Assembly: GCF_017888745.1 (NCBI RefSeq)
Contig: NZ_JAGHFM010000290.1
Location: forward strand, 1 to 57,819
From: Terrisporobacter sp.
GTDB lineage: Bacteria; Bacillota; Clostridia; Peptostreptococcales; Peptostreptococcaceae
DNA length: 57,819 bases
Direction: 5' to 3'
The translations under genes were made by a program, and so were the position numbers. The notes beneath the pieces were generated by a model. That model was not told where the DNA came from. It did no database searches and worked only from the letters and a program-made list of their open reading frames with translations. Of this stretch, positions 10,617 through 21,089 are shown in pieces (within the stretch, counting starts at the first letter, position 1; each line of letters starts with the position of its first letter).

Positions 10617-11345
10617 TTATTCACGCACCAATTTAGTCTCATCTTGCCATCTTTTAACTTCTTTCAAATCAACTTTCCTATTTGAATTTGTAAACATCAA
10701 ATATTGCTTATCAAAAACTTCACTTAAACATTCAACCGTATATACATCTTTTAAAAACCATATAGTCCAATCTTTTACATCATTATAAGTGAGTTTTCTG
10801 TAATGCATTACTTGCCTTACCATTTCTTCAAATACTATTACATTTTTATCTTTACTTTTTTGACCATATTTTTGATCGTACATCTTTTTTATTCTTATCA
10901 ATTCTGCATCACCTTTTATTTCAGGTTCGGGTTCAGGTTTTTCAAAATAACACATTTCAAGCATAACTTTACATAAGATATTAAAATTACTATCATCAAT
11001 AAATGCTATCGGTTTATTATCTCTTTTTATTATTAATTTTACATCTTCATCAAAAGCTTTAATATTTAAATCTTCAGTTCTATATAAAATCCTTAAAGAG
11101 TCTAACAATAAACTTAGTAACTCATTTTCATTACTAGACATCATTAAATAATAACTCCAATGTATTCCACTATCATGTATTTCATCTTTTAAATCTAAAC
11201 TTTGTTCCATATAAAAAGGCTTTACAAAATCAATTAAGTCATAATCTTTCATAAAATCATCAACTTTTAATTGTTTAATGATTCCTAAATTGTATTTTCT
11301 TAAATCTATATCATTACCACTTAAATATTCCTTTGTATAAAGCAT
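10617..11345 (-). CDS. Phage virion morphogenesis protein, unknown function
   Basis: Long ORF translationally coupled within the structural operon. Confidence 0.55.
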   Translation of the reverse strand: MLYTKEYLSGNDIDLRKYNLGIIKQLKVDDFMKDYDLIDFVKPFYMEQSLDLKDEIHDSGIHWSYYLMMSSNENELLSLLLDSLRILYRTEDLNIKAFDEDVKLIIKRDNKPIAFIDDSNFNILCKVMLEMCYFEKPEPEPEIKGDAELIRIKKMYDQKYGQKSKDKNVIVFEEMVRQVMHYRKLTYNDVKDWTIWFLKDVYTVECLSEVFDKQYLMFTNSNRKVDLKEVKRWQDETKLVRE

Positions 11346-11860
11346 TACATTGTATTAAAGTAATCTACAGATATTTTTGCAGAATAACCTGTGTATCCAA
11401 AAGGCATATTATATAATTGACTAAACGGTTCTAATGTAGCCTCACCAATACCACCTAATTTAGCATTAGCAAGTAACTCAATTATCTTATCAATTACTAT
11501 ACCTTCTCTTGTACCATTCAATGTTTTTCTGCAATCACTATGACAAATAACTCCTATTTCAATTCTACAAGTTCTAAAAAACCTACTTGTTTGATATCGT
11601 TTAGTATAAGATTCGTCATTTGAAAGATTTATAAATATACTTATATCACTTTCTTTTTGTACCTTATCTACCCTTCTATCTATAAAAACTTTATTATCTT
11701 TTAAACTTGAAATAGGATTCTCTACTGGTGGTAATGAATATAAATCTTTATCTTTCACCTTATTATAATAAAGTGCTTTATTTATATCAGGATCTAACAT
11801 AATCATATTAGATAGTTTTAACATTAATTTATTGGGGAATCCTTTTATCATTTCATCCAT
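11345..11860 (-). CDS. Putative tail terminator / head-tail joining protein
   Basis: Size and position between head-closure and tail tube genes. Confidence 0.5.
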   Translation of the reverse strand: MDEMIKGFPNKLMLKLSNMIMLDPDINKALYYNKVKDKDLYSLPPVENPISSLKDNKVFIDRRVDKVQKESDISIFINLSNDESYTKRYQTSRFFRTCRIEIGVICHSDCRKTLNGTREGIVIDKIIELLANAKLGGIGEATLEPFSQLYNMPFGYTGYSAKISVDYFNTM

Positions 11861-11862
11861 AG

Positions 11863-12415
11863 TTACATCCCCCTTATTAAAATATTTTTAGTATCAAGTG
11901 TTTCTTTAGTTTCTTTATCTTTTGCAATTAACATCACAGTAATACCTATATCATTCATTTCCATATTGTGTCGTAAAACACATTCATTATTACCTTGATT
12001 TACAATCTCAACATTCGCATATGCGAAATCTAAAGAAAACTCAACTTCTTTATCATAATTAATACTATATTTGTTTTGTTCACCTAAATAAATTTCAGTT
12101 TTACCAAGTATTTTATTTACAACAGTTTCATCTTCTACCTTAGATATAGGATTGTATGCTATATTATTTTCTACATCATCTTCACCTAACATGGCAGTTT
12201 GTAAAACTAATGCAGAACATAATCCTGGTGAACCAATAGATTTACCATTGTATTCAAAATCAGTTAAGTTTGTAACTCTATATACAGTTTTTCCTGTAAG
12301 CATAACTCTAGTTCCAACATCTATAGTTCGGGTAATAGGATTAGAACCAAAATGAATTCTATTCTTAGAATCCCCTGCTGAAGTATAACGAACATCAGCC
12401 ATTCCATCACTATAT
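11863..12415 (-). CDS. Head-tail protein, exon 2
   Basis: Joining CT (exon 1) to A TAT AGT GAT GGA ATG gives ...AALTL-YSDGMADVRY... in frame; spliced product 329 aa. Confidence 0.85.
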
Positions 12416-13566
12416 CAATTTGTTATCGTAAAGGCTTTTTATCCTCTACTTCTAGGAGTTTCCTCCATTACCTCATGTCAATTCATGAGTAGTTCGGCAT
12501 ACATTTTCACCTTCAACTTCACTTGTTAAGGTGTCGGATACTCTTGGAGATATTATATTCTGTGGACGGTTATTATCCATCAAACAGGTTCAATCTCTAT
12601 GCTCTACAATGTCTATATATTTTTAAATATATAGATTATCTCGGTATTAGTTTATGTTTATATTAATCGTCTATTTCTATATTCCATCTCATAAGGGCAT
12701 CATATAAGTTTTTAGGTATTTGACTTTTGTATTTATTAGCAACTTTTTTAATATATTTTTCTTTCTCAAATTTATATGCTAAAAATGCGTCCTCACAATT
12801 ATCATACATTCCTATATGTGTTGTTTTGTTTTCAACATTCATTTTTGCACTATATTTAGAACTCTTTTTGTCAAAAGTTACTCCAATAGGGAAATTTCCT
12901 CTTGATGTATTATGATTTGCAAATAATAAATTTATATTGTCAGGAACAAAAACGCAAGTATTAGGTGAATATATTTTATTACCTTTATAAAGAATATCTT
13001 TATCTAAATTCATAATCCTATTTTCAATTTCATAATAATTATTATCAAACCATCTAGCGAAATTTTGATAATTATGCCATTCTTCACACACAGTACAAGG
13101 GATATATTCAGGGTGAGTTCTTTGAAACGACTCGTCATAGCATCTCTGAATCATTGACTTCCAAAACTTATATGATTTTGTTAATTTATAATTTATTCTA
13201 GACTTATATTCTCCTACACCCATATACCCCACATTATGTACAGATCTATGATACGGATTTTTAACTTTGCCTTTCTTTATATTTCCTATACCAGTTTTAA
13301 CTCTATATTTATGTTCATCTTGAATTTCAACTATTACATTATCATAATTGTTATACTCTACTACTTTCACAAAATACCCTTCGTTTGTTCTATAAAGACC
13401 ATCATAATCACAAATACTTTTCTTTATCAAATTTACACCACTTTTCTTATTATTTTTGCATTTATATAAACACGTAACCTTTCTTACCAACTACCTCACG
13501 ATAGTTATGACCGATTTTACCCGATTTCCATATGATATATTTCTATACCAACACGCCATATACTCT
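12416..13566 (-). mobile_element. Group I intron (1151 nt) carrying a homing endonuclease
   Basis: Exon ends ACGCU and pairs with intron GGCGU (U.G wobble, P1); P10 UAUAU/AUAUA; core AAAAUCGGU..AAUACCGAG and GUAGAGCAUA..AAUGUAUGCC; terminal G; frame restored on splicing. Confidence 0.9.
12663..13490 (-). CDS. Intron-encoded HNH-type homing endonuclease with AP2-like C-terminus
   Basis: WKSMIQRCY..CEEWHNYQNF..LDKDIL..IYSPNTCVFVP..IN motif, then PIGVTF..YSAK..HIGMYD..AFLAY. Confidence 0.85.
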   Translation of the reverse strand: MVRKVTCLYKCKNNKKSGVNLIKKSICDYDGLYRTNEGYFVKVVEYNNYDNVIVEIQDEHKYRVKTGIGNIKKGKVKNPYHRSVHNVGYMGVGEYKSRINYKLTKSYKFWKSMIQRCYDESFQRTHPEYIPCTVCEEWHNYQNFARWFDNNYYEIENRIMNLDKDILYKGNKIYSPNTCVFVPDNINLLFANHNTSRGNFPIGVTFDKKSSKYSAKMNVENKTTHIGMYDNCEDAFLAYKFEKEKYIKKVANKYKSQIPKNLYDALMRWNIEIDD

Positions 13567-14003
13567 AGCGTCAATGCTGCTACAACCATTGGAATTTTAT
13601 AAACCTTACCTTTATAATTATAGTTATATAATTCATTACATTTAGTCATTGTAAATCTTTTGTAAGTATCCATAGGCTTGTACTCTTTAAATATCACGAG
13701 CCACCATGTCTGTTGCCAGAACACGTACGAACCCACTTCTATATCCGTATCTAAAGTACACATTAATTTCTTTTCATCATAGGCTTTTTTATCATTATCT
13801 GTTTTATCATTAATTGCCATTAACTTCTTTTCATTAGTTTCTAAATTAGGAAACTCATCTGGCTTAGTATAAGTAACTTCCATTGCAGTAGGAGAAGTTC
13901 TCAGATATTGTTCAAATGACCTTCTTCCATCATCTATTATTTTTTGCTTCATGGTTGTTGCATTACCTAATGTTCTTTTTTTATAAATATCAAAATAATT
14001 CAT
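13567..14003 (-). CDS. Head-tail protein, exon 1
   Basis: 145 codons plus 2 nt before the intron 5' splice site; the ORF-track tail EYMACWY... is intron sequence. Confidence 0.85.
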
Positions 14004-14422
14004 TACTCATTCAACCTTTTATTCTTCCATGAACGTTTGATTTTTTTTCTAGTTACACGTTTTATCATTTTTTCTTCTAGTTTTAATAATTTATCCAACA
14101 TTGAAGCAGTAGATTTTTTAGTATAATCACCATCTGTAACTGCTACTTTTAATATTTCTTCTGTATTTATTTTAGGTTGCAGCCAACATAGTACCATAAC
14201 ATCTGCGATCAATGATTTATCACTTGAAGTTAAGTCAGTTACTATATAACCATCCTCTATAGTTAAATCTTCATTCCATTCATCAAATTCACATAATGCA
14301 TTTTCTAAATATCCATGCATTATTTCCTCTGCAATTTCTTGTTCTAGCTCAGATAATATATCTGTTCCGATTTGTCTCAAAAATCTTTTATAAATATCTT
14401 GAACAGGAGTCATAATCACCAC
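14003..14422 (-). CDS. Putative head-tail adaptor
   Basis: Helical 139 aa protein in SPbeta-like position after the capsid region. Confidence 0.55.
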   Translation of the reverse strand: MVIMTPVQDIYKRFLRQIGTDILSELEQEIAEEIMHGYLENALCEFDEWNEDLTIEDGYIVTDLTSSDKSLIADVMVLCWLQPKINTEEILKVAVTDGDYTKKSTASMLDKLLKLEEKMIKRVTRKKIKRSWKNKRLNE

Positions 14423-14427
14423 TCCTT

Positions 14428-15042
14428 TTAATAAATTAAATTATCTAAATCAAGTAAATTACATATTATTCTTTCTTTACCTCTTGATAATTCAAAGTCA
14501 TTATCTTCTATAGAATCTAAATAAACTGCTTTTGCAGCAACTTTCTTAACAAAATTTCTATCTTCTCTTTGTAGTATATCTTTAAACCTAGATTCATCTT
14601 CTTCTACTATTAATTCTTCTAAAACATCATAGTCTTCCATTTGTATTCTATCTAGTTTTAAAAATCTTAATATTTCATCTAAAGAGTATTCATCATTATA
14701 AACATCTACAATTATTAAACTTCCATCTCTGAAGAATCCTTTTGCTTTAGTACATATTTCTTTTACTTGCTTTAAATTTATTGCACAATTTTCACCTGGT
14801 TCTAAATCAACATAAGCATCTTCAAACTTATTCATGTATAAAACTCTTCCAGTAGATACATTTAATAACTCAATAAATACTTCTCCCTCTACTCTATTCA
14901 ATTCAACAGTTAATTCTTGTTTACTTTTTCTAGTTTTCTTAGGTTTAAATACTTCTTTATTAGGTTCATCTATAACATTTTTTTCAACTTTTGTTTCTTT
15001 AACTTCCTTTTTACCCTTAGTTTCTTTTTTTAATTTCGCCAT
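14428..15042 (-). CDS. Conserved phage protein following major capsid
   Basis: RBS GGGAGGGG, Lys/Glu-rich N-terminus, synteny. Confidence 0.55.
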   Translation of the reverse strand: MAKLKKETKGKKEVKETKVEKNVIDEPNKEVFKPKKTRKSKQELTVELNRVEGEVFIELLNVSTGRVLYMNKFEDAYVDLEPGENCAINLKQVKEICTKAKGFFRDGSLIIVDVYNDEYSLDEILRFLKLDRIQMEDYDVLEELIVEEDESRFKDILQREDRNFVKKVAAKAVYLDSIEDNDFELSRGKERIICNLLDLDNLIY

Positions 15043-15104
15043 TTATTTCCCCTCCCATATAAAATAAAAATAGCACCCAAGAATATGAGTGCTATTTCTT
15101 AAAT

Positions 15105-16118
15105 CTATGCAGTTATTTTAACCATACCGAATTTTGATGATATAGCTACACCTACATGTAATTGTCTTTCCATTTCAAATTCGATTTGTCTATCTTTTCT
15201 ATTATATATATTATCATTATCTAATACTCTTATATCTCCTTCTAAGCAACAATAAGCTAGAGGTTCACCAACAGCAGGAACTACCAATAATGTATCTGTA
15301 GGTATTTCAAATTTTTTATTATCTTCGTCATAATATTGTGGTAATTCTCTACACTCGTTAGAATCAAATATTTTTACATATCCAAAATCTCTTCTATCTC
15401 TTGCATCTTCTTGTAAATATGCCCCACCAGAATTAGGAACTTTTGCTAATGCACCTTTTGTTCCTAATATTTGACACTTAACTCCTGTCGCACCTTCAAC
15501 TCTTTGTAATAAATCTTCAAGTGCAGTCTCTAGCCCTTCTGCGTTAGTTTGAACATGGAATGGATTACCTGAGTTGTCATAAGCAGCAAATATAGTAGAT
15601 GTAACTAATGTAGCTATCTTATGAGCAAAAGATTCTGCCACTCTATTACATAGATCAGTCCAACTTATTTTACCAGTTAAAAATTCAAATGCTTCTTCAT
15701 ATATAAATGCAGTTAGTGTAAAAGAATCAGTTTCTAATTTGCTATCATGCATTCTTCTTCTATGAGTAGCACCAACACCTGTAGCTATTTGAGAAACAGG
15801 GAATAACTTTTTATTTTTAACTCTATATACAGGTGCATCACCTAAATCTATAGTATCTACTTTAACTAAATCACTAAATGCTTCTAATGTTAATCTATTA
15901 GCTATTGGAGTTATATTTTCTTCGAATAAAGCAAATAACTGTTTTGCATTATTTTTTAAATATCTTTCCATTTCTGCTTTTCTTTTCGGTAAAGCAGGAA
16001 GTTCATCTAAAAATGCTTTTCTTATAACATCTTCAGCCTCTCCTGCACTATATTTGCTAACTTTCCCAAAGTAAGTATCATAACATAATTGTTGTAATTG
16101 ATTTAATTCATTATACAT
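15105..16118 (-). CDS. Major capsid protein
   Basis: 337 aa, follows protease and decoration genes, RBS AGGAGG, downstream hairpin at about 15068-15097. Confidence 0.8.
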   Translation of the reverse strand: MYNELNQLQQLCYDTYFGKVSKYSAGEAEDVIRKAFLDELPALPKRKAEMERYLKNNAKQLFALFEENITPIANRLTLEAFSDLVKVDTIDLGDAPVYRVKNKKLFPVSQIATGVGATHRRRMHDSKLETDSFTLTAFIYEEAFEFLTGKISWTDLCNRVAESFAHKIATLVTSTIFAAYDNSGNPFHVQTNAEGLETALEDLLQRVEGATGVKCQILGTKGALAKVPNSGGAYLQEDARDRRDFGYVKIFDSNECRELPQYYDEDNKKFEIPTDTLLVVPAVGEPLAYCCLEGDIRVLDNDNIYNRKDRQIEFEMERQLHVGVAISSKFGMVKITA

Positions 16119-16153
16119 CTTGTATTATTCCTCCTATTTTATTAATTTTATAT

Positions 16154-16633
16154 TTATATAAATGCTATAACTAAACTATCTTTACCACAGTATTTTTCTT
16201 TAGCTATGACTTTACCTAATATATTTTTTTCTTCACCAGCAGTCTTAGCTAATTTATAACTTGCAGCCTTTGGAAATAATTTATCTCCTACATTAACTGA
16301 TTCAACTTCATCTATATTATCAGCTTGAACTCTTATAACTGCTCCTTTATGTAATAAATAACCTCTGACTACTTCCTTAGCTTTTATTTGTGGCACATCT
16401 CCACTTAATAGTCTTTCATCATATCTATGATAATCAGGTGCAATTACAACAAATAACTCACCAGCATCATCAGTTAATTGTTCAACTTCATAAACTTCAC
16501 CTGATAAATCAACTCCTGCTTTAGTTTGTTTAGCTAGTCCTTTTATTTTGGCAAAGCTACCATTTTCAACTGGTTCTGCACAAACAAATGATCTTGCCAT
16601 TTTGTCATCAACATTTAATAATTCTATATACAT
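16154..16633 (-). CDS. Capsid decoration / cement-like protein
   Basis: 159 aa beta-rich protein with VENG motif, between scaffold and capsid genes. Confidence 0.6.
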   Translation of the reverse strand: MYIELLNVDDKMARSFVCAEPVENGSFAKIKGLAKQTKAGVDLSGEVYEVEQLTDDAGELFVVIAPDYHRYDERLLSGDVPQIKAKEVVRGYLLHKGAVIRVQADNIDEVESVNVGDKLFPKAASYKLAKTAGEEKNILGKVIAKEKYCGKDSLVIAFI

Positions 16634-16660
16634 TCCTCTACCTCCGTATTTTTATTAATT

Positions 16661-18070
16661 TTATAAATATTTTTTAAATAAGCCACCATAAGGCTCATAT
16701 TTAGAATCTACATTATCAAATACTTGAACTTCATTAGTTTTAGTTTTTTCAACTGGTTTGCTATCTTTAACTTTCATAGCAAACATAAATCCTAATTCTT
16801 TTTTAAATTCAGCTACAGTTATTTCTTTATTCATAGCCTTATCTTTTAAATCTTTTATTTCTTCTTCATCTAAATCAAATAATTTACTAGCATCTTCAAT
16901 TTCTTTTTCATACTTAGCCTTATCATAATTTTCTTTAAATTCTTTTAACTCAGCATAATCTTGCATAGCATTTAATTTATCTTCTAATTCAGAATAAGAA
17001 GTTTTAAGATTTTCTAATTCAGTAACCTCATTTTCATGAGTATCTATTGAATCAAATTTATTAATTATGTGTTCTTTTAATTGAGTATCTTCACAATTAA
17101 ACACTTTAGGTTCAACCTCACCTGACATTTCTCTCCATTCTTGAATGTAAGGTTTTTTATTGTCAAAATCTAATGTAACAACATCTTCATTTAAAGTGTA
17201 TGGAACACCAAAGTATTGTCTGCATGACCAATCGGCATTTTCAACTATTGCTATCTTGTCATCAGGTAATACGTCCATAAACCAAAATTCTCTTGCTTGG
17301 TATTTATCTCCCCAATAATCTTCTTTTTCCACAAATCTTGAATTAATTTGAGTGGTTATTTGATCTGTTATATTTTGAACAGATAATCCAAATTCTTTTG
17401 TTTGATTATTTTTATCCAAATTTTCTTCCTCCTTCTCTTCTATTGAATATATTTTATTATTGATTTCATTCACAAAATCATCATAATCAGATTTAGAATA
17501 AACACTAATATTGCAATTTCCATTCATACCTTGGATTACATCTGAACCAAGTAATGTGACTCCATTAAATCTAAATTTATTGATGTTCAATATACCATCT
17601 TCATCTTTTTCAGATTCAAGAACCGAAATCTCCATACTAACATCTTTTATTCCTTCATTTTCCTCTAATAAATCTAAAGTTTCATTACTGTATCCTTCCC
17701 ATATATAAGCATCTGCGACCATATGATTTTCACCATCTATCTCTTCATATCTCACATTACAAGATTCTGGGAATATACCAACTGGAGTTTCTAAATAAAA
17801 ATATTTTAAATCGTATCCCTCATCAGTTTTTATTATTTTTGTAATAATATCATGACTACCAAAATCAATTGCTTCGCCATCTTCATTTCTTTTTATATAA
17901 GCCAATAAAGGACGATTTTTTAAACTTTCTTCAGCATCTTCCATAGACTCTTTTGAAAACGAACTATTATTACGATTTTTACCTTCATTCATAATAATGA
18001 CTTTACATTTAACTAAACCATCTTGTGATTCTTCTGTGAATAATTTACAAGGAATATTTTTAACCTTCAA
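16661..18070 (-). CDS. Prohead protease / scaffold fusion
   Basis: N-terminal GKNRNNS..DFGSHD..VSMEI..GVTLLG protease-like region and acidic coiled-coil C-terminus. Confidence 0.75.
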   Translation of the reverse strand: MKVKNIPCKLFTEESQDGLVKCKVIIMNEGKNRNNSSFSKESMEDAEESLKNRPLLAYIKRNEDGEAIDFGSHDIITKIIKTDEGYDLKYFYLETPVGIFPESCNVRYEEIDGENHMVADAYIWEGYSNETLDLLEENEGIKDVSMEISVLESEKDEDGILNINKFRFNGVTLLGSDVIQGMNGNCNISVYSKSDYDDFVNEINNKIYSIEEKEEENLDKNNQTKEFGLSVQNITDQITTQINSRFVEKEDYWGDKYQAREFWFMDVLPDDKIAIVENADWSCRQYFGVPYTLNEDVVTLDFDNKKPYIQEWREMSGEVEPKVFNCEDTQLKEHIINKFDSIDTHENEVTELENLKTSYSELEDKLNAMQDYAELKEFKENYDKAKYEKEIEDASKLFDLDEEEIKDLKDKAMNKEITVAEFKKELGFMFAMKVKDSKPVEKTKTNEVQVFDNVDSKYEPYGGLFKKYL

Positions 18071-18122
18071 TTAAAAACCTCCTTTCTTTTAAATTTTTAT
18101 ATAATAATCACCATGAAAGGTG

Positions 18123-19172
18123 TTATTTTTGCACTCCCAATTCTCTATCTAAAATTTCTTCAATGTTATCAAAGTCCCAATACCATATTTCCAACAATTT
18201 AATATTGTGATTATCTGCATATTCTCTTTTCCTTCTATCGTGTTCTTGTTGTTTTTTAATATCATATTCGGTTTGACATCTAGTACTCCCATCATGAAAT
18301 TCACCTTGATATTCAATAAGTAAATTGTATTTAGGCAAATAAAAATCATATCTCAATTGCCCTCCATTTATTCCTATTAAATTGTCAAATCTCATTTGCG
18401 TTATAAAATCTTTATTCTTTATTAGATTAAGTCGATTTGATAGGTAATCACTTATGTATGTCTCTCCTTTAGAACTATAACAATCTAAGCATTTACACCC
18501 TGTTTTATTAGCAGTCATTGAGTGTATACTTCTAAAAAATTCATCTCCACATTCTTCACATATATGTAAAAATACATCATGAGTACCTTTTGAGATCTCG
18601 AATGGAGATAATTTATTTTTGGGTGACCAATATTTCACCAATTCTGGGTATAAAGTCCCATAACTATCAATTACATGAACTTTTCTATTTCCTGTTCCTT
18701 TATGTGAGCAGAAAGGGCATCTTTGTCCATGTTTAAATTGTTTACATCCTGTTTTATAAGAACCATAATAATTAGTTTTAGTACATTTAATCCAAACTCT
18801 CCAGTCTTCTCCGTTTTTAGTCCAAGATTTACGACTACTATATATCAAATAAGGATTAACTGTATTTTTCTCCCAATCCCAATATTTATTGAGTGGTTCT
18901 TTAAGTTCTTGTTGAATATAATAAGCAAAACTATTCTCATATTTATTACAACATTTACCACATTTTTGTCCTTTATTTATGAAATTATAATATATAACAT
19001 CAAATTCAGCACCACAATATGGACACATAACTCTAATGTACATACGCTTGTCTATGAATATATTCTTATCTAAAGTGTAATCACCTTTCTCGTATGTCCA
19101 TATATAACCATACCCTCTTTTTTCTACCTTTTGTTTATGTTTTTCATCTATTCTCATAATATAATCCTCCAA
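18123..19172 (-). CDS. Free-standing zinc-ribbon / Vsr-like (EDxHD-type) endonuclease
   Basis: Repeated CxxC ribbons; C-terminal YDFYLP..IEYQGEFH..HDRRK..LLEIWYW. Confidence 0.8.
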   Translation of the reverse strand: MEDYIMRIDEKHKQKVEKRGYGYIWTYEKGDYTLDKNIFIDKRMYIRVMCPYCGAEFDVIYYNFINKGQKCGKCCNKYENSFAYYIQQELKEPLNKYWDWEKNTVNPYLIYSSRKSWTKNGEDWRVWIKCTKTNYYGSYKTGCKQFKHGQRCPFCSHKGTGNRKVHVIDSYGTLYPELVKYWSPKNKLSPFEISKGTHDVFLHICEECGDEFFRSIHSMTANKTGCKCLDCYSSKGETYISDYLSNRLNLIKNKDFITQMRFDNLIGINGGQLRYDFYLPKYNLLIEYQGEFHDGSTRCQTEYDIKKQQEHDRRKREYADNHNIKLLEIWYWDFDNIEEILDRELGVQK

Positions 19173-19181
19173 GTTTATTAA

Positions 19182-19349
19182 TTATCTATTCCATTCTGTT
19201 ATTAAATCATTTAATTTATCATTTCTCATGAACACCCAAAAAGTACGTTTATTAGTGGGGTTTAATCCACATACATAATATCTTTCACCATGTTCAATTA
19301 AATATTTTTTCTGATTTGCATCATAACAAATATAAACTGGACTTTTCAT
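19182..19349 (-). CDS. Small DUF5659-like protein (55 aa, below ORF-track cutoff)
   Basis: RBS AAAGGAGG; MKSPVYICYDANQKKYLIEHGERYYVCGLNPTNKRTFWVFMRNDKLNDLITEWNR; paralogue of 25307 and 26856 ORFs. Confidence 0.75.
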   Translation of the reverse strand: MKSPVYICYDANQKKYLIEHGERYYVCGLNPTNKRTFWVFMRNDKLNDLITEWNR

Positions 19350-19414
19350 ATATAATCCTCCTTTCTTAAAAATTTATATAATAAAAAATACCATCCTAAG
19401 ACAGTATTAATTAA

Positions 19415-19600
19415 CTAAAAGAATAATTTATTATCAACTACATATTTACTCTTATCTAAAGTAAAGTTTAATTTTTTACAATCACCTTGAAAAACAAAAG
19501 CCTTTTTATCTCCCATATTATGTTCGCACACATATGAAAATCCACTCAATAAAAGTTCCTTTTTATCTTCCTCACTGAATACATAAATAAATTTTTTCAT
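19415..19600 (-). CDS. Small hypothetical protein
   Basis: RBS GAGGTGA directly after the portal gene. Confidence 0.65.
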   Translation of the reverse strand: MKKFIYVFSEEDKKELLLSGFSYVCEHNMGDKKAFVFQGDCKKLNFTLDKSKYVVDNKLFF

Positions 19601-19611
19601 TTAATCACCTC

Positions 19612-21057
19612 TTAATTTTGAGCCTGACCAACATTTCCACTTTTATCAGGATCATCTGCAACAGTAGTTCTACCCACATCAGAACTACTCGCTGTATGCG
19701 ATGTCATTAATGCTGGCATCAACTCGTCGAAATTCATAATTTCTTCCATTTTTAATATGTTATATGCCTCCCAAGGTTCATATCCCATATAAGCAAATAA
19801 TTGCATTCGACTGTTCCATGTTGTAATATTATTTACAGCCATTTTTATTTTTGAATCCTTATCCATTATTGTACTATCAACAAATACCACTTCAAAATTC
19901 TTCAATGAATTATTCTTTTTAAAATCAAAGTTTAACCACATCTTAAATTTCTGCAATAAATTAAATGCTAATAAGCTGTCAACATTAGCACCATAAATTA
20001 TTGCCTGATTATTTGATTTAGTTCCTGAAAATATATCATCATTTATTGCCGCATTATCAAATATAGATCTTTCTATCTTATTCACATAATCTAAATTCTT
20101 TTGCTTATTGTCTCCTAATGTAAGAGGATTAATTTTATAAGGAGTACTTAATGCTGCAACTCCTTCAGGACAAATACTTTTTAACGCTTGATGATACTCA
20201 AATGCTGTCTCTGCATCTACAGAAATTTCACCATCTTCACCCGTTGGTATTGTCTGATGTAATACCTTAAAGTTATTAGCAACAGCGGATGTTTCTTCTA
20301 AATTTTTCATATCTTCTAGTAAAGATAATTCTCTTAATAACGAAGTATAATAAGGAACACCTTTTGTTTCTAAATACTCAATAGAAAATGCTACCCCATC
20401 TTCCAAAGGTATTTTATAATATCCATCTTTAAAGTTCTTATCCTTTTTCAATTGGTTATTTTTATATTTTTTATATAATTTTTGAATTCCATCAGGATAA
20501 TAATTTAATGTATCTTCCTTTATTGATGTCAAATCAACTGCATATCTTTGTAATCCACTTGTAGCACCAACTATTTTACAAATAGAGTTAGGCATTTCAA
20601 CAATAGTTATTCCATCATCAGATTGAACTTTATAAATATACATTTCACCTTTTCTGATAGTCTTTTCGCTTAACCATCTGCAATGAAATTTTATATTATA
20701 TTTCTTTACTTCTAGCACCGCTTTCCTATATGCAGTTTCAAATTTATCTTTAGTCTTATATTTACTCATATCAGTAGGTATAAGAAAATAATCATATGTA
20801 AGCATATTACTTTTGTAAAGAGTTATCTCTTTTAATACACCATTTATCATTCTCATGTATTCTGCTGTATCTTGTAAATGTTTAGCATTTTTAAGAGGGT
20901 TATCTAAGTAATTTTGTATTTGAGATGTTGTGCTTTTTCTATTTTTATAAAAAGCATTATATAATTCATCTATTGCATCAATTGCGGTTGAGTTTACTCT
21001 TTTGGCAAATTGCAATGAATTTTCTTTTTTTAATTCTTCAACACTCTTTTCTTCCAT
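19612..21057 (-). CDS. Portal protein
   Basis: 481 aa, between terminase and protease genes. Confidence 0.75.
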   Translation of the reverse strand: MEEKSVEELKKENSLQFAKRVNSTAIDAIDELYNAFYKNRKSTTSQIQNYLDNPLKNAKHLQDTAEYMRMINGVLKEITLYKSNMLTYDYFLIPTDMSKYKTKDKFETAYRKAVLEVKKYNIKFHCRWLSEKTIRKGEMYIYKVQSDDGITIVEMPNSICKIVGATSGLQRYAVDLTSIKEDTLNYYPDGIQKLYKKYKNNQLKKDKNFKDGYYKIPLEDGVAFSIEYLETKGVPYYTSLLRELSLLEDMKNLEETSAVANNFKVLHQTIPTGEDGEISVDAETAFEYHQALKSICPEGVAALSTPYKINPLTLGDNKQKNLDYVNKIERSIFDNAAINDDIFSGTKSNNQAIIYGANVDSLLAFNLLQKFKMWLNFDFKKNNSLKNFEVVFVDSTIMDKDSKIKMAVNNITTWNSRMQLFAYMGYEPWEAYNILKMEEIMNFDELMPALMTSHTASSSDVGRTTVADDPDKSGNVGQAQN

Positions 21058-21089
21058 TTAATCACCTCCATTTTATTAATTATATAGTT

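Noticed and set aside
13491..13566. C-terminus EYMACWY... of ORF 13491-14003 as real protein
   Set aside because: It is read-in to intron sequence
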